From positions 1 to 37,724 of the IMG/VR virus record IMGVR_UViG_3300020057_000084: a stretch of DNA of 37,724 nt; one strand, 5' to 3'. Every line of letters starts with the position of its first letter. Within the stretch, counting starts at the first letter, position 1. Origin of the DNA: a virus. Lineage: Duplodnaviria > Caudoviricetes. A program made the position numbers and the translations under genes. Below are positions 6,609 through 15,958 of the stretch, piece by piece. The notes beneath the pieces were generated by a model, which was given only the letters and a program-made list of their open reading frames with translations, made no database searches and had not been told where the DNA came from.

Positions 6609-7559
6609 CTACCTAACCCATTCCCAGAACTTGTCCGAAATAGATTTTCTACTTTTCCCTTTAAATAAGTTTTTCCAGAACTCCTCTAATATCGGCTCGT
6701 AATGATCTATTACTGGCTCGAGTGGAGCTTGTTTCTCTTCTTTTAATTTAGTGATTTGGTTATTAAGTTCTGTAATCTGATGCTCGAGCTCTGTATTCTT
6801 AACCTCAAGATCTCTATCGTGTACAGCATCCTTCTCCATCGCAGCATTAAGATCAATAATTTTGTTGTTAAGCGTTTGATTTGCTGATTTAAGTTCTGCA
6901 ATTTCATCTCTCAACCTCACCACCTCAGTATTAAGATCAAAATTTTCCTTAGTTAATTCGTTAATTTGTTCGGTTTTTGCTTCCAATTCACGTATAGTTT
7001 TTTCAGCTTCAGGTTTATCTACAAACTCTCCAGCTTGTACTCTTACTAAAACATCCACTGCAACCTTCATGGAATCTTTATTGTCTAGGTCGTAACCTTT
7101 ATAACTTGTCATAGAACCACCTCCTTTAGCGATTGAAATTATCTTATCTATATTCATAGTTCCAGGACACTGAGTTGCGGATACTTCTTTATGTCCTACT
7201 ATGTGGGTTCTGTCTAGTGGAATGTTATGTCTTTGACAAATCTCTTTTACTAATTGCCCTGAAGATTGATAGGTTGCCTCACTAGCTACCCTGTCTGGGG
7301 CTGCTGAATGCTCTATGCCGATACTTTTCTGGTTGTAAGCATACTTACCAGCATGATATGCTGTATGTGCCTCATCTACCCATTGAAAAACCGTACTATT
7401 TTCTATTCCATAATGGGCTGATGCTCCCCTTGCTGGGTTCTTAAATGTGGCATCTGCTGACGCTAAACTTCCTACGATCCAGTGAATTACGACATGCGTT
7501 ATCGGCTTTCGGCTTTTATCGTAATTATTTGTCGGTATTGTTTGTTTAACTATATTCAT
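6609..7559 (-). CDS. Endolysin: N-acetylmuramoyl-L-alanine amidase (Amidase_2) plus coiled coil
   Basis: VVIHW, SAHY, AYHAG, SIGIE, GHKE and TQCPG motifs; heptad-rich C-terminal half. Confidence 0.9.
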   Translation of the reverse strand: MNIVKQTIPTNNYDKSRKPITHVVIHWIVGSLASADATFKNPARGASAHYGIENSTVFQWVDEAHTAYHAGKYAYNQKSIGIEHSAAPDRVASEATYQSSGQLVKEICQRHNIPLDRTHIVGHKEVSATQCPGTMNIDKIISIAKGGGSMTSYKGYDLDNKDSMKVAVDVLVRVQAGEFVDKPEAEKTIRELEAKTEQINELTKENFDLNTEVVRLRDEIAELKSANQTLNNKIIDLNAAMEKDAVHDRDLEVKNTELEHQITELNNQITKLKEEKQAPLEPVIDHYEPILEEFWKNLFKGKSRKSISDKFWEWVR

Positions 7560-7972
7560 TTTTTCCTTAGTACATGTCCTTCTTGTATATCGGTAGCCTT
7601 GTCTATTGCTATGTTTCTAGTCTGGTTTATTGTTGTCTGTTTTTCTATTCTGTGCATAAAATTCCTTATTTCTTTGAGTATTTCAACAAGTTCGGGGTTT
7701 CTGTTTTGAAAAATAGTAGTAAGTTCTTCAATCTTCTTATCCTTTTCAATTACTTGACCATTCATCCTAGCAATTTCTAGCTTAAGGTCTTGTAGTTCTC
7801 TATTAGTTCGACTTAGTTGTGCTTCTAGTTGGTCTTGCCTTGTCCGATAATTGTCTATTACCTCTTTAGTTACACCCTTGCCTCCTGTTCTAAACTGCAC
7901 ATAAAAAAATCCTATCCCTAAGAATATAAAGCCGAGTATGTTTAGAAATGGTAAGTATTCCGATAGATTCAT
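7556..7972 (-). CDS. Membrane protein with coiled coil (lysis-associated)
   Basis: One N-terminal TM helix then heptads; overlaps the endolysin start. Confidence 0.6.
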   Translation of the reverse strand: MNLSEYLPFLNILGFIFLGIGFFYVQFRTGGKGVTKEVIDNYRTRQDQLEAQLSRTNRELQDLKLEIARMNGQVIEKDKKIEELTTIFQNRNPELVEILKEIRNFMHRIEKQTTINQTRNIAIDKATDIQEGHVLRKK

Positions 7973-8649
7973 ATAAAATTTTGTAAAAATGCTCCTGTTG
8001 CACCTGATACGTTTACCTCTACTAGTTCGACCCCGATTACACCCAAGTGAGAGGCTGATGCGCTAGCTGTGAAGTCCACCGAGGTGTCATTTGTATCCCT
8101 AAACTGAGTCTGGATAGTCATGCCTACTCCCGCATCATCTGCGCTCGATTCAGCAACCTCAGTAAATCCAGAACCTTCAGTTATGGTTCTTGCGGGTGCG
8201 TTTTGCGTTGCGCAAGCACCAAATGTAGCATTAGCAGGGTTTCCAAAAGCTCCAAGCGTAGCTGATACAGTTAAAGCACCACTGGCTGAGTTCCCTGCGG
8301 ATTGCTTGATTGCTGTGGCTACTGTATTCTTACTATTCGTGACCTCTACAATTGACCATCTACATCTCTCTTGAGTTTCTCCACCAAAATCTATTGTTAG
8401 TGCGCCCGTTCCTGCTGCTATCCCTGCAAATATGCTTAATCTTACGAATCCATTGATGTCCTGTGTTTTAACAAGGGAAAAACTTGTACTTGCTCCAGTG
8501 ATTGTAGGCGTTGCTGGATCTGAGCCTCTGGATGAGGTAACTGCTACTAGGACTAGTTTACCAACCGTTGGAGAAACGGAGGCTGTGGCATATGAGGTAG
8601 CATCCGTTATTGAACCACTTGTTGAAAGGTTTAATACTGTTACTGCCAT
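7969..8649 (-). CDS. Virion structural / tail-associated beta-rich protein
   Basis: Rich in A, S, T, G and V; lies in the tail module. Confidence 0.55.
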   Translation of the reverse strand: MAVTVLNLSTSGSITDATSYATASVSPTVGKLVLVAVTSSRGSDPATPTITGASTSFSLVKTQDINGFVRLSIFAGIAAGTGALTIDFGGETQERCRWSIVEVTNSKNTVATAIKQSAGNSASGALTVSATLGAFGNPANATFGACATQNAPARTITEGSGFTEVAESSADDAGVGMTIQTQFRDTNDTSVDFTASASASHLGVIGVELVEVNVSGATGAFLQNFI

Positions 8650-8652
8650 AGG

Positions 8653-9531
8653 TTAATAATTCTGTCCTACAATAAAGCCAGCAAACTTAGGTAGAGTACC
8701 TATGCAAACAAAACCAAACATATCTGACTTCAGGGTTGTATTGGTAGCCGTAGGCGCTGAACCACCAGACCATGTGATAGAAGCGCTGGTTGCTAGCATC
8801 TTGAGTGAAAGTGAGATGGTTGAAGCATAATTTACTTGAAGCATAGCTACATCTCCCACCGTTGCGTTTGTAGCTAAGAAAGCGTGTTCTCCTGATGTTG
8901 CAATAGTGGTCGTAAATTTGTTACCTTGTGCGAAGTTGATCCACATATTTGCTCCATCTGTTACGGTAACAAAGGGTGCAAGTTGTCCGCTCATAAACCT
9001 GGGCTTGCCTGAGAAAACTGGGAGCGAAGCAAAAGTACCACCCTGTACGTATGGGGTAATCAAGTTAGAGCTTATTTGGGTAAGTGAAGCTGTAGTGCCA
9101 CCATTGTATGTTTTATTGGTAAGGGTTGAAGCTCCTGTAGGTGTTACTACCTTTGTAGTATCCACTGTTCCCGTTGCTGGGTCAAGAATCTCTACAAGTC
9201 CATCAATCACGGATTGCGCCCATAACACGTCAGGTCCGAACTCAACAATTGCTCCAACAGCATGGTCTTGATCTGTCCCTGAAGAATCAGCGTTTCTAGT
9301 AAGAGTAACCACCGTAAGCCCTGATGTTGAATCAAACTGTATTACCTCTCTCTTGCTTGGAGTTTCAACACCATTAGTATCAGTCCTGTCTATAATCATT
9401 ACCCCCGGCTTATTTTGAACACCAGTAAGGTTGTTGAGCGTAGATGAAGCGGTAACACCAGACAACAAGGCTGCCCCCAGCGTCTTTTGCACAAAGTTTT
9501 GCGATGTTGGATATCTAAGTTTCTGACTAAT
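8653..9531 (-). CDS. Tail fibre / spike-like protein; probable ATT start at 9531 (track start GTG 9492)
   Basis: TLTNKT motif and fibre-like C-terminus (ITWSGGSAPT...DMFGF); AAGGAGG lies 8 nt before an in-frame ATT. Confidence 0.6.
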   Translation of the reverse strand: MSQKLRYPTSQNFVQKTLGAALLSGVTASSTLNNLTGVQNKPGVMIIDRTDTNGVETPSKREVIQFDSTSGLTVVTLTRNADSSGTDQDHAVGAIVEFGPDVLWAQSVIDGLVEILDPATGTVDTTKVVTPTGASTLTNKTYNGGTTASLTQISSNLITPYVQGGTFASLPVFSGKPRFMSGQLAPFVTVTDGANMWINFAQGNKFTTTIATSGEHAFLATNATVGDVAMLQVNYASTISLSLKMLATSASITWSGGSAPTATNTTLKSDMFGFVCIGTLPKFAGFIVGQNY

Positions 9532-9571
9532 TTTGGTATCCTCCTTCGTATTGTTTATGTATCATTTGTAT

Positions 9572-9602
9572 AAGATAACTCATAACTAAGGGAGGTTATC
9601 AA
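9572..9602 (-). promoter_or_regulatory. Late-type promoter, 19-bp spacer family
   Basis: TTGATA-ACCTCC..19bp-TATCTT. Confidence 0.65.
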
Positions 9603-11534
9603 CTACACCCTCAACGCCGAAGATAGAGAGTTTTGACCCTGTGAGTTGGCGGTCATCTTTATATTTAAGAGCTCGAAGTTTGAGTTTGCTTCCGTACACG
9701 AAACCTCTATCTGGATGAGCCTACCAGACTTGAATAATTGACCCCACTTTGGGAATTCATCCGAGCCCGTAACTGGATTCCCCCTTAGTTGTCCCCATTT
9801 TGAGCCACCCCACGTAACAGATCCCCAGCCTGAATTTCCAGAGATAGCTGAACCTGCAATAGTAAAAGTCTTAACAGTTGAAGAAGCGCCATTCCTATCC
9901 TCCATGATTATATTGACCGTAACTGAGCCCGTGATGTTTCTAAGTAGTGTATAGAAGAATGATATAATCTTGAGCTGATTCCATTCTCCAAAACCTTCTT
10001 TATTTGTACGAAGGGTCTTAGCGATAGTTTCACCATCATCAGAGTTGACTGACGGTTCAAAGGTGTAGCTTTGATTAGTTGTCGTACCCATGACCCACTT
10101 CTCAGTTCCCGACCCATCAACATATTTCCTCATTTTAGTAATTCCAAACGGGAGCTTCCATATACCCGCAAAAGCTCCTCGCTCTCTGTCATATACTAAG
10201 ACCTCTTTCCTGCCTGGGAAAGATAGAAGATACTTGTTGTCCACATACATTGTGGTTGCATTATTATAGTCATCATCATTTAGGTTCATGAGATATGGCC
10301 TGATCTTAGCGCTTATCTCGTTAGTTCTGATAATTGACAGGAAGTTGGGCTCGTAACCAACTACATATAACCCTTTTCTTCCAAAATAAAATACATCGTT
10401 TTCTACTATTTGAATCGTGTCTGGGTTTGAAGCTCCAATAGCTGTTGATATAGGCTGGTAAGCTGGGTCTAAGACAGTGAAGTTACCGATACTTACCAGA
10501 TCAAGTGAGACTGCGTATGAAGAAAAGTTCTTGAATACTATTATCTTATCTGAACCCTGCTGGATTGAGATACCAGTTATGTCTTGTCCTGAGTCTGGGT
10601 CAATATAGACTGATCCACCACCATCCACCCAGTTAAACCTTGCCTGATTAGGATATCTACCCGATATAAGCAATTTCGTTGGGTCAGCCTGATCCACCAT
10701 GAGGAGTCTGTCATTAAACTTAACTATAAACTGTGATTTCACCCCGCCAGTTGTGTTTGCCAGGGGTGGGAAGATGGTCTCACTAGCCGGATTTCCGAAA
10801 TCTTGATACGAGGTTGTAGAAGCTCCCACGGCTGAAAGCAATGTCTCATCTCCAGGAAGACCCCTATATACCTGGAAGCCTGATAATGAGGCCGCAGATG
10901 GCGCTGACCATGTAATGTTGACCTGTGTTCTTGTTAAATCTTGTGGCAGGTTTGGCAGGATTATGTTTGCTGATCCGGGTGTCTCTCCACCATTAGCACC
11001 AAGCGCCGTAACCTTCCATGACCACTGGAAAACTCCTGTTGCACCTGAGAAATTAGTAGCAGTTAAACCTGTTGGGGCAGAGATTGTTGCAAACACAGCA
11101 AGTGAATTGCCATTGTAGGAGGTAAGCGGCCTTGCTTTACTCACAAAGTATGTGAATCCCCCAAGCTGCTCTGATCTAACAACTGAACCCGAAGGATAGG
11201 ATTGACCCGATATAACATCAGACGATGTGCCATTCTTCTTGGCTAAAAAGCCCTCATCTGAGTAAGCAATTAGTTCATTTGTTAGAGAAGCTGTGTTGTT
11301 GTATGTACCAAATCCCTGGATAGACCCTGTGGCATTAACTGTGAAATAGGTAGAAGTACCCCATCTGCCCGTAGGGACACCGGAACCAACAAGCATTATG
11401 TTGTCAGCCTGAGCAAGTTCGTCTTTACCAAGCTCTGTTGGTCTTAATAAGAGATTTAGACCCTTCCTAAAGGTATCCCATTCCGCCTCAAGACTGGGCC
11501 TCTTTTTGAATGGTGGAGGGCTTCCTACCTGCAT
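9603..11534 (-). CDS. Tail nozzle / packaged-DNA stabilisation protein (P22 gp10 or T7 gp12-like role)
   Basis: 643 aa with beta-propeller-like composition; N-terminal GLN...ADN motif; follows the adaptor. Confidence 0.65.
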   Translation of the reverse strand: MQVGSPPPFKKRPSLEAEWDTFRKGLNLLLRPTELGKDELAQADNIMLVGSGVPTGRWGTSTYFTVNATGSIQGFGTYNNTASLTNELIAYSDEGFLAKKNGTSSDVISGQSYPSGSVVRSEQLGGFTYFVSKARPLTSYNGNSLAVFATISAPTGLTATNFSGATGVFQWSWKVTALGANGGETPGSANIILPNLPQDLTRTQVNITWSAPSAASLSGFQVYRGLPGDETLLSAVGASTTSYQDFGNPASETIFPPLANTTGGVKSQFIVKFNDRLLMVDQADPTKLLISGRYPNQARFNWVDGGGSVYIDPDSGQDITGISIQQGSDKIIVFKNFSSYAVSLDLVSIGNFTVLDPAYQPISTAIGASNPDTIQIVENDVFYFGRKGLYVVGYEPNFLSIIRTNEISAKIRPYLMNLNDDDYNNATTMYVDNKYLLSFPGRKEVLVYDRERGAFAGIWKLPFGITKMRKYVDGSGTEKWVMGTTTNQSYTFEPSVNSDDGETIAKTLRTNKEGFGEWNQLKIISFFYTLLRNITGSVTVNIIMEDRNGASSTVKTFTIAGSAISGNSGWGSVTWGGSKWGQLRGNPVTGSDEFPKWGQLFKSGRLIQIEVSCTEANSNFELLNIKMTANSQGQNSLSSALRV

Positions 11535-11535
11535 G

Positions 11536-12171
11536 TTAAACTCCTAATCCTCTTGTATTCCTTGGCGTATAGTTTGGTCCGCCTCCTGGTGGTTTACTCT
11601 TTCTCCCTATCATGTTCTTAAGCTTCATCTGGGCGCTTGCCTCAATCTGTGGGAATCTCTCGTCAGTTCGAGCCTGTAACACATATGATTTAACCTTCTC
11701 GGTTACATATGAATCATCAGGAAGCTCGCAGATATCTGTTAAGGTCGCGAATCCATTAGGGTATCTTTGATAATCTATGGATAGGGTTACATTAGCTTCG
11801 AGATTGTTAAATGTTATAACATAGCCCTCCATCGGATTACCTGTTACATAACAATATTTGTCTGTATTTTCTTTTGAGAATCTGTCAACCGGGCGTATCT
11901 CTGGGAATTCATCCCAATCAGCCGAGTTTGGTTGCTTAGGCGAAGTCATAAGCTCTCTGTAGTTAATTGGCAATGAAGTTGAAGCGCTTGAGCCTAAGTT
12001 GCGCTCAACTATTTCATGGAACTCTGGGAGCTGAACAATGTCTGCTGCTTCACGCACAGCAGAATCCGCGTAGTTTGTTCTTGTTGAAAGTTCATCGCCC
12101 GTAGGCTGACTTGCATCAAGGTCTGTGTATGCGTTAGCTGCGGTTAGGATTTGTAAAAGGGTACGTGCCAT
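11536..12171 (-). CDS. Head-tail adaptor protein
   Basis: Size, position and the pattern MARTLLQIL...SLPINY...IDYQRYP...ELP. Confidence 0.6.
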   Translation of the reverse strand: MARTLLQILTAANAYTDLDASQPTGDELSTRTNYADSAVREAADIVQLPEFHEIVERNLGSSASTSLPINYRELMTSPKQPNSADWDEFPEIRPVDRFSKENTDKYCYVTGNPMEGYVITFNNLEANVTLSIDYQRYPNGFATLTDICELPDDSYVTEKVKSYVLQARTDERFPQIEASAQMKLKNMIGRKSKPPGGGPNYTPRNTRGLGV

Positions 12172-12177
12172 GAGTCT

Positions 12178-12208
12178 AGCTTAGTTAAGCTATAGGGGAG
12201 GTTATCAA
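12178..12208 (-). promoter_or_regulatory. Late-type promoter, leaderless geometry
   Basis: TTGATA-ACCTCC..19bp-TAAGCT-6nt-ATG (12171). Confidence 0.7.
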
Positions 12209-12270
12209 GTAAATTTTTGTTTGCGTATTAAATAAAGTGGGGTTTGTCAATCTTAGGAGAAGCGAAAGGA

Positions 12271-12969
12271 TTAAGTTTCAAGTGTTCCAGGTTTCATAAC
12301 TACATCTGTGGAATAGGTAGCGTTTGTGATAGTACCTGTGTTTGACCCTGCACTATCGGTAGCTGTGGCTCCGCTTCCTTCGTTAAACTCGTAATTAGCT
12401 ACAATACTCCTCGTAACAAGGCTGGTAAAATATTCCTCTATCACTTCTGCTGGCGTGAGTAATACACTATATACTTTCAACTTATCCATCATTCCTCTGA
12501 AAAAGTCAGTAGAAGTAGTCCCAGCCGCTCCGATTTTAATAGCAGCAGCGGTATCTGACCCAAAAGTAAAAGCCCCCATTGAGTCTACCAGAACTCCGTT
12601 AATATAAAGGTTGGTTGTGGAGGCGTCTTTAGTAATTGCGAAATGATACCAGCTATTTTTAGGGTGAGCATTTCCATATGTGGTAAATGTAATTGTAGAT
12701 CCACTTCTACCTATAAAAAAATTATTTCCATTATTAATAGATATTTGCCATCTCATATCCGTAGGAGCATAGGTATCTCTTTTGGCTAATATTGTCCTGT
12801 TAGTACCTTGTGAAGTAGAATTCACCCACAACCAACCACAAACAGTCAACTCATTACCAGCAGCAATATCTGCATTGCCACAACTTACAAAACTTGAAGT
12901 TCCATTAAAACTTAAACACGTTCCGAAATCTCTAAACATTTGTCTAGTTCCTGCTGTAATTATAGGCAT
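12271..12969 (-). CDS. LamG / concanavalin A-like lectin domain virion protein
   Basis: LSFNGTSSFV, TVCGW, WYHFAIT, LYING, FRGMMDKLKVY and YEFNEGSG. Confidence 0.85.
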   Translation of the reverse strand: MPIITAGTRQMFRDFGTCLSFNGTSSFVSCGNADIAAGNELTVCGWLWVNSTSQGTNRTILAKRDTYAPTDMRWQISINNGNNFFIGRSGSTITFTTYGNAHPKNSWYHFAITKDASTTNLYINGVLVDSMGAFTFGSDTAAAIKIGAAGTTSTDFFRGMMDKLKVYSVLLTPAEVIEEYFTSLVTRSIVANYEFNEGSGATATDSAGSNTGTITNATYSTDVVMKPGTLET

Positions 12970-13043
12970 ATATATGTAATGTACTATATTTATTAGAATG
13001 GGTCAAAAGAATATATTAGACTCTAACCCGCCAATGTTCCTGT

Positions 13044-13727
13044 CTATCTTTTAAATCTCCTAGCTTTAGCAAAGCTATCACACTCTGTTGCTGTGAGAGC
13101 CCTATTCTTAAATATAGCTACTTCATATATGAACCCTCTCGGTAAAGATGTCACATTTTGATCAGCACCCAACTTGATTGTTCCTGTGAGACCAGAAGAG
13201 AACGCACCAGCGTTATTACCCGTTGTGCTACTAGCTTGGACTCCATCAACAATCAACCTTGTTGTGTTATTGCTTGAGTCGTAGCTATATGCAACCCAGC
13301 ATGTTTTGTCGGTTGGTGTATAGCTAGAACTCCATCTAATATTTGTAGTTGCCGTTATAAATGTACTGTTAATTGTACCTTCTCTCAGTACGTGGTCAGA
13401 AAATGGTGATCCTATTACTCTTCCATTATTATTGCCCCCATTACCTACAAAGTTAATTCGTGCAATAATTGTTGCTGCTGTTGCTCCTGAGAAATCTAAT
13501 AATGAACTCGCCGTAATGGTTCCTGTACCAACACTTTGAGATGTTTGATTATATTGAAGTGCATTTCTGCCACCGTGTGATACCCATCGTGGGCTAGTTA
13601 GAGTGAGATTCAGACCCCCCGATACTTCATTTGTGAGTGTTGTTGTTCCAAAATCACTGTTGCGCATACGCCACCAAGCGACTAGTCCCGTTAAATTAAT
13701 TTGTTGTGTTACTGAAGTTCTTGACAT
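13044..13727 (-). CDS. LamG / concanavalin A-like lectin domain virion protein
   Basis: GLVAWW, WVAYSYD, LIVDG and GFIYEVAIFKNRALT. Confidence 0.8.
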   Translation of the reverse strand: MSRTSVTQQINLTGLVAWWRMRNSDFGTTTLTNEVSGGLNLTLTSPRWVSHGGRNALQYNQTSQSVGTGTITASSLLDFSGATAATIIARINFVGNGGNNNGRVIGSPFSDHVLREGTINSTFITATTNIRWSSSYTPTDKTCWVAYSYDSSNNTTRLIVDGVQASSTTGNNAGAFSSGLTGTIKLGADQNVTSLPRGFIYEVAIFKNRALTATECDSFAKARRFKR

Positions 13728-13732
13728 ACATA

Positions 13733-14008
13733 TTATTCGACTGCTTCAGCAGGTACGTTTTTTTGAGAAAGTTTAGTAGCATCTACTGGATAAATTTTAT
13801 TCTTCAAGCTTGAGAGGTTAGGTTTAACACTTACTTCTCTTTGTGGGAGATAGTCTGAGAGCCAACCTTCGACTGAGGCTTTTATTCCATCCTCGTTTGA
13901 AGTGTCAGCCATCATTTTCTTTGCGTACTTAGGAGAGCCATCAGCGAAGTCTACTTCGATTGATACCCATTTTTGATCTTGATTAATGTCTAATATTTTA
14001 TAATTCAT
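13733..14008 (-). CDS. Hypothetical protein
   Basis: Packed in the operon. Confidence 0.65.
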   Translation of the reverse strand: MNYKILDINQDQKWVSIEVDFADGSPKYAKKMMADTSNEDGIKASVEGWLSDYLPQREVSVKPNLSSLKNKIYPVDATKLSQKNVPAEAVE

Positions 14009-14013
14009 AATAT

Positions 14014-14553
14014 TTACCTATAACCGCATGAAACATTTACGTCATTTGTAGTTGTGAACCCGATATAAATCCCTGTAGATATACTATAATCTAAATGTAC
14101 AGTGAAAGGAATAAATGGAGTGGTAGTAAAAGTATGGTTAAATACTTGTGTTCCTGATTCAGCTGTATTGTCATAGATAATAATTGATCCTGCTGTTGGT
14201 ACTGCATCATTACAAGAAAAAGTTACTGTGTGTAAAAACCCTGCCCCAGATTTTACCTGAACATCTGCTACTGCTACGGCTGAGTAAGAAAATCTTTGCT
14301 CAGTCTTTAAGACGTTATTAGTTAAATCTTCCCCAGCTAGCAAGGTATCCTGCGACACCATTAAAGCTCTAGTTGAGGAGGTTCTAACTACTCCATATTT
14401 ACCATCTGCTATTGAAGTTGGGGTAACTTGATAAACTCCCTCTATTGGTACAGCTGTATCTGAGCCTGCGGTAAATGTTCCACCATCTGTAGCACTAGCA
14501 CCAAATGTTTTATTCGCAATGGCTTTAAGTGTTGATAAAATATCAGCATTCAT
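14014..14553 (-). CDS. Virion structural (decoration-like) protein; probable start 14553
   Basis: VKSGAGFLHTV...IIIYDNTAESGT beta-sandwich pattern; ATG lies 7 nt after a family -10 box. Confidence 0.6.
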   Translation of the reverse strand: MNADILSTLKAIANKTFGASATDGGTFTAGSDTAVPIEGVYQVTPTSIADGKYGVVRTSSTRALMVSQDTLLAGEDLTNNVLKTEQRFSYSAVAVADVQVKSGAGFLHTVTFSCNDAVPTAGSIIIYDNTAESGTQVFNHTFTTTPFIPFTVHLDYSISTGIYIGFTTTNDVNVSCGYR

Positions 14554-14560
14554 AATGATG

Positions 14561-14591
14561 AGTATACAGGAGGTCAACTAGAGGTTAGCAA
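14561..14591 (-). promoter_or_regulatory. Late-type promoter, leaderless geometry
   Basis: TTGCTA-ACCTCT..19bp-TATACT-7nt-ATG (14553). Confidence 0.65.
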
Positions 14592-15312
14592 GTGCCTTAT
14601 GGATAGAGCCGTTGCCACAAAATACCTCCTGATTATCAAATCCCCATTCAGCCATAAATACTTTTTTCATGTCTTGGAAGTATGATGATAAGTCAGGAGC
14701 ATGGAGTGTCTGACCTTCTCCGTGCTGTACGCTCATGCCATAATTAACGTATAGTTTGAGTCCTGCACGCATTACCCTTGTCCAGTAATCGTGGTCTTCA
14801 AAATTACAAGGGAAATATAGATCTTCCCTGAAATAACCAGCTTTATCAATTGTGCCCTGGGTTAACATGAAGCAAGCGCCACTAAACCATTTATAATTTT
14901 CAATTATTCCTATCCCAGGAGGCAAGTGTTCAACGTGCGGATTAACAACACCAGCATCAGGCATATCCATAGCCTCCTGCATGGCCTCAAGCCAGCCCTT
15001 CCTTACGATCACGTCATCCCCTATGATTACCTTATATTTACCCCGTGAAGCTAGTAGTCCTGCGTTCCATCCCCTACTTATACCCATATTCTCATCAAAA
15101 CGAATGTAGGTATTACACTTACTAGTCCAGTCATGCCTCTGGGTCGAGCCATTATCAACTATTATTAACTCATAATCCTGACTACTATTCTTAACTGCCG
15201 ATATGCACTCCTCAGCCATTTCAACTAATTCGCGAGTCCTATGGTACATGAGTACGATTACTGAGTATTTGGGCTTCTTAAGATTAGGATTCATATAACT
15301 CCTCCCAATCAA
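14578..15312 (-). CDS. GT2-family glycosyltransferase
   Basis: SVIVL, ELIIVDNGS, NxG...WNAG, GDDV, GACFM and EDHD. Confidence 0.9.
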   Translation of the reverse strand: MIGRSYMNPNLKKPKYSVIVLMYHRTRELVEMAEECISAVKNSSQDYELIIVDNGSTQRHDWTSKCNTYIRFDENMGISRGWNAGLLASRGKYKVIIGDDVIVRKGWLEAMQEAMDMPDAGVVNPHVEHLPPGIGIIENYKWFSGACFMLTQGTIDKAGYFREDLYFPCNFEDHDYWTRVMRAGLKLYVNYGMSVQHGEGQTLHAPDLSSYFQDMKKVFMAEWGFDNQEVFCGNGSIHKALANL

Positions 15313-15958
15313 TAGAGGGCGCCATGTAATCAGCTACCATATGAGTAGCCATGCTCGGTATTGGTACATACAGATTATGTCCCTTAGCTAATAACTCATA
15401 CCATACATCTGCATCTAAATAGCCATATTTTTTAAATATCGCATAGTTGTCTTTAAATATTTTATTCTTAACTGCAAATGTCATAGTATTGCGCTCCGTA
15501 CTTCTCCAATGCGTATCTCCTACTAAATCTATAATTACTTGATTAGAATGTAACTTGTGATCCACGTAAAAATTAAGATGGTCGTAAGGAGAAACCAAAC
15601 CTAACTCATCTAATCCTTTTACAAACTCCTTGCCTATATTTTCTCTATATATATAATCACATTCTTGGAAAAGAATGTCATCGTCTTGATTATAAGCTAT
15701 GTCGTAAGCTTTAAGCATAGTTTCGTTAATGCCTATCTCCGTAAAGTGAATCTCATGTTCAAAAGGAATAATATCTTTAATCAACTTTTCATACTCCGGC
15801 TCACAAAAATCACATAAGAATATAACTTTAGGATCAATATCTCTAAATGCTTCTCTAAAAGACTTAAGACAAATCTTATTTAACATAAATTTATCTTCTT
15901 GGTAAACTGGAGAGGGATTTGTACTTGGAATACCACACATTCTATATACGACTAAGAT
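15284..15958 (-). CDS. GT-A-fold glycosyltransferase-like protein; possible ATC start at 15958 (track start 15940)
   Basis: ILFQECDY (DxD-like), VSPYDH, TMTFA and PIPSMATH; sits inside the glycosylation cluster. Confidence 0.6.
   Translation of the reverse strand: MLVVYRMCGIPSTNPSPVYQEDKFMLNKICLKSFREAFRDIDPKVIFLCDFCEPEYEKLIKDIIPFEHEIHFTEIGINETMLKAYDIAYNQDDDILFQECDYIYRENIGKEFVKGLDELGLVSPYDHLNFYVDHKLHSNQVIIDLVGDTHWRSTERNTMTFAVKNKIFKDNYAIFKKYGYLDADVWYELLAKGHNLYVPIPSMATHMVADYMAPSIDWEELYES

Noticed and set aside
13023-13046. TAG readthrough or alternative genetic code (TGTLAG follows the TAG of the LamG gene)
   Set aside because: Long genes are intact under code 11, and many TAG stops coincide with tight gene junctions.
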